Notes under the pieces: model-generated
The model's input: the letters and a program-made list of their open reading frames with translations, nothing else
Databases searched by the model: none
Told to the model about the DNA's origin: nothing
Shown here: positions 49,400 to 60,243 of the stretch, piece after piece
Layout: the number at the start of each line of letters is the position of its first letter
Numbering within the stretch: position 1 is the stretch's first letter
Position numbers and translations under genes: made by a program
Assembly (NCBI GenBank): GCA_951406725.2
Contig: OX597814.1
Location: 161,696,001-161,760,000 of the forward strand
DNA from: Octopus vulgaris
Taxonomy: Eukaryota
Direction: 5' to 3'
DNA length: 64,000 nucleotides

Positions 49400-50110
49400 T
49401 CGAACATGAAATAGTTGTTCAGTAGGATGAATTTCAGTGCTGCAATTATGAATCTGGTTGATGTGTCCTGAAATTTCTTCTGGGTATTTTTCTAGCTAGA
49501 AGGTGATTGCTTCTGTACCATAACTGTGTGGGATATTGGTGTACAAGTTCACATCGAATGATTCTAACAGAGTTCCTTCTTCGGGAGGTGGTTAAGCATG
49601 TCTAAGTCATCCCTGTTGAAGTTTTTCACATATTTTAGAAATGGTTTGAGTAAAATGTCGAGGAAATTGCTCAAACGGTAGGTTTCACAAGCAGGGCCAG
49701 TAATGATGGGTCTTAGTTTGAGGTCAGTAGGGGGAGGAACATCAACGCATAGGCGTGGAGAATTTGCAAGCTTTACAAATATGTGGGTTTTTGTGTATTT
49801 TAGGTAATTCGTAGAATAGACTTGGTCTGTATTCAAAATTGGATAAATAGTCAATTTCTTTTTTAGTGAGGCCCTTTCCATGTATTTGAAGTAAGGAGGA
49901 TAAGTTTTTAAGTGTCTTCTGTGGGTTGTTTTGTACTATCTTCTCATTGTAAATATTGTTTTCCAACGTGGAGAGAATAAAATTTTTATAGTACTCTGTG
50001 TCCATCACTACTACCGCACTTCCTTTATCGGCTTTTTTAATGGTCAGGTTAATATCATTTTCTAACTCGATTAGGTTTTTCCATTCATTTGTGTTAAGGT
50101 TGGATTTAAT
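49400..50110 (-). mobile_element. Penelope-like element RT N-terminal part
   Basis: IKKADKGSAVVVMDTEYY, FYELPKIHK, LRPIITGPACETYRLSNFLDILLKP and FDVNLYTNIPHSYG. Confidence 0.92.
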
Positions 50111-50404
50111 TCATTGTTGAACTTTGTTTAATAAGTTATATACTGATTATTTCTTTACAAGTTTTCATACCTGTACAACTTTTCAAAGAAAAGTATGAAA
50201 AAAAGACATTAGAAATCTAAGGAAAAAATTTCCATTAAAGGACGAACATACGTTCATCCAATAAATAATATATAAATACTCACATGCACACACACATACA
50301 AATACATGTGTGTGTACTTGTTCTTCACTTTCACTTGGCAACTAGTGTTGGTTTGTTTACATCCCCCTAACTTAGCAGCTTGACAAGGGACTAATAGAAT
50401 AAGG

Positions 50405-50548
50405 ATCATACTTGGCAAACTTGGTTGTCTGGATCACTTTGTATCAATAACTACATCATTTCATGATGGGATGGAAGCATAGATCAATGTCAGTGGTGGG
50501 ACCCATTTCAGTAGAGAATGGTGTCAAACAAGGTGACATCTTTGCCCT
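50405..50548 (+). mobile_element. RTE RT fragment
   Basis: ILGKLGCLDHFVSITTSFHDGM ... VENGVKQGDIFA. Confidence 0.75.
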
Positions 50549-50654
50549 ATATATATATAATGTACTGATCCGTGATAGAAAATTCAACACAAAAAGTACT
50601 CCATCTGGTGAGAGATAAATGTTATTATTTAAAGGTCACAATACAGGTATTAAA

Positions 50655-50705
50655 GCATTACTAATAGTTTCATATGTTGAGAGAACTCAAACATTCTTCA
50701 GGTGC
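50655..50705 (-). ncRNA. Type-I hammerhead motif
   Basis: gcac CTGAAGA atgtttgagttctctcaacatat GAAAC tatta GTA atgc. The first stem-I pair is a C-A mismatch. Confidence 0.6.
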
Positions 50706-50918
50706 AAACCGCATATCATAACAAAGTAAAGAAATTGAATAATAGAAGAAATGCAAAAAAAAAAAAAAACTGAGAAGGCAGCATATAAAAAATGCAGACA
50801 GTAAAGAATGGAAAATAAAAAACAAAAACTAAAATGTTTTCTGTATGTTGCCTTCTCAGTTTTTTTTTTGCATTTCTTCTATTATTCAATTTCTTTAGTT
50901 CGTTACGATATGCGGTTT

Positions 50919-50971
50919 GTGCCTGAAGAATATGTTTGAGTTCTCTCAACATGCGAAACTGTTAGTAATGC
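50919..50971 (+). ncRNA. Type-I hammerhead motif
   Basis: gtgc CTGAAGA atatgtttgagttctctcaacatgc GAAAC tgtta GTA atgc. Stem I is weak. Confidence 0.55.
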
Positions 50972-51008
50972 TTTAATACATGTATTGTAACCTTTAAATA
51001 ATAATAAC

Positions 51009-51052
<44 letters not shown>

Positions 51053-51065
51053 TAACTAACTAAAT

Positions 51066-51108
<43 letters not shown>

Positions 51109-51239
51109 GAATATTATTCCAAACTTACAGGGAAAAAATTCAATTTAGAAATACTAAATCAAATTTCACAAAGTATAATATATATATATATAATGTATAA
51201 AAGTATAATATTTTGATAAAAGGTGGGTTTTTTTTTCTA

Positions 51240-51291
<52 letters not shown>

Positions 51292-51293
<2 letters not shown>

Positions 51294-51608
51294 AGCAGCA
51301 TAGCCCAGCGTTGCCCGGGTATGTAAGGCGTCTCCAAGACAGTCTGTGGTTTGTGTTTAATACACAAATCGGTTTGCCATGTGTGCCACGCATATGAAAA
51401 GCTTAGATTCTCGACCCCATGTCGAATTTATCGATCTTTTTCAGGACTGGGGGAACTTTTCAAAATTTTCCCTGCGTTAGTTTTGAATTATGATATTGGG
51501 CTATGTGTGTGCCAAGTTTTATCAGAATCGGTTGAAAGCCGTGGTCAGGGTGAGGGTACAACCTCACAGACACACAGACAGACAAACTGCCGTTTATATA
51601 TAGAGAGA
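51292..51608 (-). mobile_element. Non-autonomous Helitron
   Basis: The minus strand runs A|TCtctctatatataaacggcagtttgtctgtc ... cccgggcaacgctgggctatgctgCTAG. Its 5' end matches that of 9857-10213. Confidence 0.87.
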
Positions 51609-52114
51609 TGAACACACAAACACCTATATAGTGGGAGAGTACAGGGATTTAGGAAATCTAGGTGAATTTCAGTAAACACATGTAAAATCCTGGCTAACAG
51701 AGTGTATAAGGAGGGGAAACAGAATTCAGGGCATTCTATACAAACTGCACATCCAAGTTCTTGTTTCATCTCCTAGACTCCTTTTTCTTCACCCATATGC
51801 ATGTAAACAATAAGCAATAAACTTAACAACCTCTTGACCTGTCAGAGCCAGTACACTGGCTGATTTATATTAAATCAAAGAAACGAAACTGATATATCCC
51901 TTATCTTCATTATCCATCTCCTGACATATCTCCATAATGGATTGACAACTTGCTGATTTGATTTATTTGATATTCTCTATATTACCATCTCTCACTATAT
52001 TTACTGGAAATAATTCAAAATATACTTTAAAATTATTACTCTAACTTAGTCCAAAATGATGTCTAACCCTCATTGGTTACTGTATGGACTCACATATTCT
52101 TTTAAAATATATAT

Positions 52115-52528
52115 GCGCAGGAGTGGCTGTGTGGTAAGTAGCTTGCTAACCAACCACATGGTTCCGGGTTCAGTCCCACTGCGTGCATCTTGGGCAAGTG
52201 TCTTCTGCTATAGCCCCGGGCTGACCAATGCCTTGTGAGTGGATCTGGTAGACGGAAACTGAAAGAAGCCTGTTGTATATATGTATATATATATAAGTGT
52301 GTGTGCATGTTTGTGTGTCTGTGTTTGTCCCCCTAGCATTGCTTGACAACCGATGCTGGTGTGTTTACGTCCCCGTCACTTAGCGGTTCGGCAAAAGAGA
52401 CTGATAGAATAAGTACTGGGCTTACAAAGAATAAGTCCCGGGGTCGATTTGCTCGATTAAAGGCGGTGATCCAGCATGGCCACAGTCAAATGACTGAAAA
52501 CAAGTAAAAGAGTAAAAGAGTAAAGAGT
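52115..52528 (+). mobile_element. Full-length young tRNA-derived SINE, CR1-type tail
   Basis: gcgcaggagtggctgtgtggtaagtagc ... ccagcatggccacagtcaaatgactgaaaacaa(gtaaaaga)n. Confidence 0.93.
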
Positions 52529-52631
52529 ATGCCAATGTGTAAATTGATGAAATGGCCACCACAAATTATTTAAATGGTCATGACAGTTTAATAAAGATAT
52601 ATAATACCATTATCTCCATTCCTTTGTTTGA

Positions 52632-53745
<1,114 letters not shown>

Positions 53746-53873
53746 ATAACATATCAGTGCCCTGGGTGAGGTATGAACTCAGAATCTCTGCATTCTTCAC
53801 CCATGACTCACACAACAAAGGTACTGTCTATAAGTACGATGTGCTCAGTGATTATATATATATATATATATAT

Positions 53874-56618
53874 ATCCGTGGGGACCTCACACCCCAGGTC
53901 CTTTTGTCATACTCAAACTCGGTGTGTGACACACTAATTGTACACATAAGGCAACTTGATGTAGTTGTGTGTGCTACATATCGCCCTCCAGATGCCCCAA
54001 GTCATATGGGCAAGTTTGAGGACTGCCTTTTAAAAATAGAAGAAGTTCTAATCACATTAGAACAACACATAAGTGTACTTCTCATAGGAGACTTCAATCT
54101 ACCCAATGTCAGATGGCCCGAGGGCCTTTCTCTCCCAGGAATGACAAGATGTGAACGAGGACAGGCGAGGTCCCTCCTGAACCTCATCAACACCCTGTAC
54201 ATGGAGCAAGTAATACTCCAACCAACCAGAGCAGGTAACACACTGGATCTCTGCTTCACAAATAATATGGATCTCATCCATAATGTGAAAGTGACACCGA
54301 CACTACTCTCGGATCACATGGTAGAGCTGACCATGTACGGGCCAAAAGAGAGCACGGACATGCAGCCTACAAGAAACCCTCAGAATCTTTCCAGCTTGAA
54401 CTTCAATAAGGCAAACTGGAAACAAATTGAGAAAGAGATCCTCAAACAAAACTGGCCTGAATGTCTCTCCTCGCCGGACATCGACATGATACTTCAACAA
54501 TTCATGTCTGTAATGCAAGCCATATGCTACAAATGTGTCCCAGAGAGAAAGGCCACTGTACACAAGAACAAAATCCCCAGAGAGAGGAAAATTTTAATGA
54601 GACGGCGTACAAAAATTTCAAATCGCCTAAACAAACAAATTGAAAGCAGTGAAAAGTCCCGCCTGAAAATAAAACTGTTAGAAATTGAAAATTGTCTGCA
54701 ACTCTCCCATGAGAAGGAGAGAGCAGACAAAGAAGCCTGGGCTATAGACAACATAAAAACTAACCCCAGAGCTTTCTACAGGTATGCCAAAGAAACAGCT
54801 ACGGTGCACTGTAGGATAGGGCCACTCCTTGAAAAGGATGGCACACTCACAGGAAAACCAATGAGGGTAAGTGAAATACTGAATGAACAATTCAAGAGTG
54901 TTTTCACTCCACCCCTTGGGCATTTCCAAATCAGCAATCCAACTGACTTCTTTACCACTGCAGATATAGAATCAGAGGCGGTGACGATAAATTACATCGA
55001 TATAAAGGAAGACGATGTAATAAAGGCTATAGATGAAATGAAAACAGACTCAGCTATTGGCCCCGATGGATTCCCGGCAATCCTCCTAAAAGTATGTAAG
55101 AGAGTCCTAGCAAGACCACTGCAGTTCCTCTTTCAGAGCTTCCTTGCAGCTGGCAAACTTCCAAGAAAACTGAAGGAAGGTAAAATATGCCCTATTCATA
55201 AAGGAGGTAGCAGAGCGGAGGCCAAGAACTACAGACCTATCTCTCTGACCTCACACATCAGCAAGGTCATGGAACGAATAGTCAGAAGGAAACTAATCAC
55301 CTTCCTTGAAGAAAACGACTTGCTGCCTGACACCCAACATGGTTTCCGACCAGGAAGAAGCTGCTTAACTCAGCTCCTGCAGCACTATGACTGGGTGCTG
55401 AAACAACTGCTCAACCACTCAAATGTGGAAGTCATATATCTCGACTTCGCAAAGGCCTTCGATAAAGTCGATCATGGAATGATATGTCACAAACTGCGTG
55501 ATCTTGGCATAGTTGGAAAACTAGGAGAATGGCTTCATGACTTTCTGAAGAATAGAAGTCAGGTGGTAGCAGCTAATGGGGCCACTTCCATTAGCACGCA
55601 AATAGTGAGCGGTGTTCCACAGGGCACTGTTTTGGGACCACTACTGTTCATAATGGCCCTCTCAGACATGCCCTCAGCCACGCGGAGAGCCACGATCACA
55701 AGTTATGCAGATGATACAAAAGTTTCACAGGCAATACAGAACCCTGAAGACACTAAGCACCTGCAATGTGAGCTGGACGAAATATACAAGTGGGCTGAAA
55801 AGAATAGAATGCAGTTCAATGCTGAAAAGTTTCAAGCTTTATACTATCAGCATGCAAAACTGAATGCAATACCCAATGAATACACTGGACCCGGAGGGAT
55901 TGCAATCCCAGAGGCACAATCAGTGCGTGACCTGGGTATTCACATGAGTGATGACGCGACCTTTCATGTACATGTTGCTAAACTGACAATGAAATGCAGA
56001 CGGCTGGCTGGATGGATTCTTAGAACCTTTAGAACAAGAGAACAAGAAACCATGATGGTCCTCTGGAAGACACTTGTCCTAAGCCACTTTGACTATTGCT
56101 CTCAGCTATGGTCACCATCCAGTGTCAAGTTGATCACAGAACTTGAGGCGATCCAACAAAGCTACACGAAGAAGATAGCCTCGTATGTGCAGCATACGAG
56201 CTACTGGGAGAGACTCAAGAGATTAAAGCTCTATTCCCTGGAGCGTAGGCGAGAAAGATATGCCATAATATATATCTGGAAGATCCTGGAAGGTCTTGTC
56301 CCAGACTTTGGCATCGAGAGTCACACAAACGCCAGAACCGGACGCCACTGCGTAGTACCAAGGACTCCAAATTTGCCATCAAGATGTAGGACAAGATATT
56401 GTGATAGCCTGAGCTTCAGAGGCCCACGGCTCTTCAATGTCCTCCCGAAGAACCTGAGGGACCTGCATGGTGTAGATGCGGATGTCTTTAAAGTAGGACT
56501 GGATCTCTTCCTGTCAGGTGTCCCGGATGAACCAACTTCACGGCAGGAGGTGCAGATGAGGGCAGCTGCATCGAACTCTCTCATGCATCAGATGGCGTTT
56601 GCTAAAAAGCATCCGTGA
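53874..56618 (+). CDS. CR1-group LINE ORF2 (5'-truncated APE endonuclease plus reverse transcriptase), 914 codons without a stop
   Basis: APE motifs YRPP, LIGDFNLP, PTRAGNTLDL and SDH. RT motifs NYRPISLTS, QHGFRPGRSC, YLDFAKAFDKVDH, SGVPQGTVLGPLLF, YADD and DLG; C-terminal LERRRER. No native start is present. Confidence 0.93.
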   Translation: MRGDLTPQVLLSYSNSVCDTLIVHIRQLDVVVCATYRPPDAPSHMGKFEDCLLKIEEVLITLEQHISVLLIGDFNLPNVRWPEGLSLPGMTRCERGQARSLLNLINTLYMEQVILQPTRAGNTLDLCFTNNMDLIHNVKVTPTLLSDHMVELTMYGPKESTDMQPTRNPQNLSSLNFNKANWKQIEKEILKQNWPECLSSPDIDMILQQFMSVMQAICYKCVPERKATVHKNKIPRERKILMRRRTKISNRLNKQIESSEKSRLKIKLLEIENCLQLSHEKERADKEAWAIDNIKTNPRAFYRYAKETATVHCRIGPLLEKDGTLTGKPMRVSEILNEQFKSVFTPPLGHFQISNPTDFFTTADIESEAVTINYIDIKEDDVIKAIDEMKTDSAIGPDGFPAILLKVCKRVLARPLQFLFQSFLAAGKLPRKLKEGKICPIHKGGSRAEAKNYRPISLTSHISKVMERIVRRKLITFLEENDLLPDTQHGFRPGRSCLTQLLQHYDWVLKQLLNHSNVEVIYLDFAKAFDKVDHGMICHKLRDLGIVGKLGEWLHDFLKNRSQVVAANGATSISTQIVSGVPQGTVLGPLLFIMALSDMPSATRRATITSYADDTKVSQAIQNPEDTKHLQCELDEIYKWAEKNRMQFNAEKFQALYYQHAKLNAIPNEYTGPGGIAIPEAQSVRDLGIHMSDDATFHVHVAKLTMKCRRLAGWILRTFRTREQETMMVLWKTLVLSHFDYCSQLWSPSSVKLITELEAIQQSYTKKIASYVQHTSYWERLKRLKLYSLERRRERYAIIYIWKILEGLVPDFGIESHTNARTGRHCVVPRTPNLPSRCRTRYCDSLSFRGPRLFNVLPKNLRDLHGVDADVFKVGLDLFLSGVPDEPTSRQEVQMRAAASNSLMHQMAFAKKHP

Positions 56619-56711
56619 GGTAAACCCGTGTAGCAAACCAAATGGCAGTGCCCCAGCATGGCCACAGCTCATTAGCTGAAACTGGAAAATCAAAAATCAA
56701 AATCAAAATCA
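53874..56711 (+). mobile_element. Young 5'-truncated CR1-group LINE in a (TA)n tract
   Basis: The ORF above is followed by a short 3' UTR with a hairpin and an (AAAATC)n tail. TA repeats lie on both sides. Confidence 0.93.
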
Positions 56712-56791
56712 TATACATATATACATATATATATGAGTGAGTGGACAAATGAAAGAAAGGGCACTCAACACATTTATTGCAAGTTACATGT

Positions 56792-56954
56792 ATTAATCAA
56801 AACAGTTTGATTCAGATTCCATGCTACTTCAAGTTTTGCAGGCCCCTAACAGAGTCCGCCTCCTCAGGTTGGTGGGATATCTGAAGACAGGCTCTGTTAG
56901 GGACCTGCGAAAGTTGAAGTAGCATGGAATTCAAATCAAACAGTCTTGAATAAT
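56792..56954. repeat. Diverged fold-back (~77-bp arms) made of two opposing hammerhead-like motifs
   Basis: Plus strand: CTGAAGA cagg..cctg c GAAA gttgaa GTA gcatgg. Minus strand: CTGAGGA ggcgg..cctgc aAAAC ttgaa GTA gcatgg. Confidence 0.8.
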
Positions 56955-56959
56955 ATATA

Positions 56960-57320
56960 TTGGGCCGTTGCCAGCACCGCCTCGACTGGCTTCTGTGCCG
57001 GTGGCACATAAAAAGCACCATCCGAATGTGGCCGATGCCAGCACCGCCTCGACTGGCTTCTGTGCTGGTGGCACATAAAAAGCACCAACCGATCGTGGCC
57101 AATGCCAGACCCCTCTGGCACCTGTGCAGGTGGCACGTAAAAAGCACCCACTACACTCGCGGAGTGATTGGCGTTAGGAAGGGCATCCAGCTGTAGAAAC
57201 ACTGCCAGATCAGACTGGAGCCTGGAGCAGCCCCTGGCTCCCCAGACCCCGGTCGAACCGTCCAACCCGTGCTAGCGCGGAAAACGGACGTTAAACGATG
57301 ATGATGATGATGATGATGAT
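56960..57320 (+). mobile_element. RTE 3' UTR and (GAT)n tail
   Basis: Three gtggcacRtaaaaagcacc units, then ggcgttaggaagggcatccagc...ggacgttaaacgatgatg. Confidence 0.9.
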
Positions 57321-57380
57321 ATATATGTAAAGAACAAATTAAATAACATAGACCTATATACAATTATGTGTATGTGTGTG

Positions 57381-57420
<40 letters not shown>

Positions 57421-58073
57421 GTTTCAGCTGTATATGACTATTATCCAAACAAGAGAGTCCTAAGTACTATAGTGATAAAGTGCATTAAGATTCCAAGTTG
57501 AAGAATTCAGTATTACATACTTACTATTCTGTATTTCTCAACTTTGAATGCCACATAACAATGAAACTTAAACAGAAATATAGCTTAATTTGCTGGAAAA
57601 ATTCTTCTTCTGCTTCACAAACATCTGTAGCTCCACACTAACTTTCATCTCATTGATTATCTATAATAACTAACCTATAAACCTCACCATCCTTTTACTA
57701 GCAGAAATTTAAATCTTCCCAACACTAATTGCTATACAGCTCAACTTCTCTTAACAATAACCTACAGCATAATTTCAACAGAAAAATTAGTGTTTGCATC
57801 AATGTTAAATACACAATCACCTCAACAGATTTATAACTTGACACAACAAAGCATTCCAGTTACTTTAGGTGAAGGTCTTTCTCCCTAACTTCCCCAAATA
57901 TTATGATTCTCCTTCACCATAACTACCAACATTGATTTAACTGTCTCAACTGTTATAGTGAAAACATTCAGTATAACTATCCTCTCTCTGAAGATGTTAC
58001 TGTTGTTTAACCCTAGTTCAACTATAAATGAGCAGACCTAAGATCAAAGACATTTCGTTTGTAACTATCTGGT

Positions 58074-58123
<50 letters not shown>

Positions 58124-58780
58124 CTACATCATTCATTTTATCTCTTCCTTTTTAAAGTAAGTATGGTGTAATTTGAGGGACTTTTGACTGCTATTTCTAG
58201 CAAGTTGAGCAACCACATAGTGGCATCTCAGAAGTAATCACTTTTAGTGTCTTCAATGTTCCTACACATCCTAGTTTTTCAAACTCCACTCCTTCTATCC
58301 TAAGATTCTTAATCTCTTTGCCATGTTTTAACTTTCTTCATGGTTTTTGATTAATTTAGTGATAAATATTTATTACTATATCATGGTAAATGACATTGAG
58401 CATGTGCTAGTTATCAGTTGCACAATACTGCAGCATAATTTCAATCAGTGGTTATAAAATCATTTTACTTCACTTAGATAAATAATGCTCAAGAGAAAGA
58501 TAAGAACATCCTTTGTAACTACTCAAAAGGAAATTAATATTTATTATTACATCAGATTCAAACTGGAACTGTAATTTTCTCTTGTATTCTTTACTACATT
58601 CCTAAGGTAATGAGATGGTAGAATTGTCAGTCAGTTGGACAAGTAGCATTTCTTTAGGCTCTTTACATTCTTGGTTCAAATTTCACCAAAGCTGACTTCA
58701 ATTTTCGTCCTGTTGAGATCAATAAAATAATTACCAGTTGAACACTGGAGTCAATGTAATTGACTTACCCACTGCCTTTA

Positions 58781-60243
58781 ATCCTTTAGTTTTTAAACTG
58801 GCCATATCCAGCCCCAAATTTTCTACCTGTTTTACGTTCAAACTGGCTAGATCTGGCCTATCACATGTACCTAACAATGTCAGAGTAAAAATATACAATT
58901 GCATCATTGAAATCTCAAAGCTACAAGATAATGCATGATTAATTCAAATCAATGTGAATAAATATCAGGTCATCCCATAAGTTCTGTCAGGATTTTGAAT
59001 AAAGAAAACAAGTGATCAAATGTTATATTTAATTGAAATTCAATCATCAGTGTACTTTCCCTGATTATCTGTGACTTCCTTCCATCTATTTACAAGCTTT
59101 TTAATCCCATCAATGTAAAACTCTTTTGGTTTCAAAGCGAAGAACTCTGAAATGTCATTTCGACCTCCTCCTGGCTTGCAAAAGTTATGTCCCTCAAATG
59201 ATTTTGTAAACTATGAAACAAATGGTAGTCTGAAGGAGCAAGGTCGGGAGAATAAGGTGGATGAGGAATTTTTTCCCAACCAAGCTCTTCAATCTTTGCA
59301 GTGTGGAGTCGTGCATTGTCCTGATGAAACATCACTCCTTTTCAATTCACTAAAGCAAGTAATTTTTTCTTCAAAGCTTGGTTCAAATGCTCTAATTGCT
59401 GACAGTAGACTTGAGCATTGATTGTTACATTAGGTGCTAACAATTCAAAGTGAATTACTCCTTTGCAATCCCACCAGAGTGAGAGAGAAGAACCTTTTCC
59501 CTTTTACCAAGCCACTGTTTACAACATTTAACATTTCGAAAGAAGATCCATTTTTCGTCACCAGTCACAAGTCTATCCAAAAAGGGTGAAATGAGTTTGC
59601 AAGAATGGAGAGAAGAGCAGATGTCAACTCGGGATTTGTGGTAGCTTTTGGACAATTCATGAGGTACCCATTTTCCAAGTTTAGAAACCTTTCCAAGTTG
59701 TTGAAGATGACGATGAACAGTTGTATGGTTTGAACTAAGCTTTATTGCCAATTCTTCAACTGATAATACAGGATTTTCTTCAAGTAATGCCTCAAGGAGC
59801 TTATCATCAAACTCAGCTGGACATCCTGTTCGATCTTCATCTTCAAAGCTGAAATCTCCACTTCTGAATTTTGCAAACCTTCTTCTGCAAGTTCTTTCAT
59901 TCAAGCATTTTTTCCCATAAACTGAGTGTATGTTCCAAGTCGCTTTGGCTGCAGAGTTTCCTTTTTTGTACTCATAAAGCATTATGTACCTCAAATGCTC
60001 TTTGGATACTTCCATGTTTGAAAGGGTTTTAATCATAGAAATTTTAATTCTATTATTCTGTAAAATAATATTTAATTAGTTTAAATGTACATAAATGCAT
60101 AAAAATAATTAAAAATTCCATTAGACATTCTAAAATACTATTAAATTTCATTCAATTTTAAAAAAGGTAAAATCAGACAGAACTTATGAGATGATCTGAT
60201 AAATAAACATTACATTTGACAGAATAATCTGAATGATAAAAAG
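58781..60243. mobile_element. TTAA-flanked piggyBac-type MITE inside a Meta-like SINE (~58605-60270), itself interrupted by a mariner
   Basis: ttaa|tcctttagtttttaaactggcc ... tctgaatgataaaaag|ttaa. The SINE core lies before it and the SINE tail (gcaccaaaatttgaaa) after it. Confidence 0.55.
58965..60199 (-). mobile_element. Mariner (DD34D) transposon with intact TIRs and a broken transposase
   Basis: TA|tcaggtcatcccataagttctgtc ... gacagaacttatgagatgatctga|TA. Motifs WVPHEL, LVTGDEKW, HQDNARLH and HPPYSPDLAPSDYHLF. Confidence 0.95.

Larger units (their letters stand above)
50622..51005. repeat. Fold-back (~170-bp arms) with a hammerhead motif in each arm
   Basis: 50622-50790 is the reverse complement of ~50836-51005. 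The element is flanked by (TA)n and (TAA)n. Confidence 0.92.

Noticed and set aside
54002-56584. Antisense ORFs over the LINE, PLE and mariner coding regions
   Set aside because: They are shadow ORFs of the true coding strand and show no recognisable motifs.
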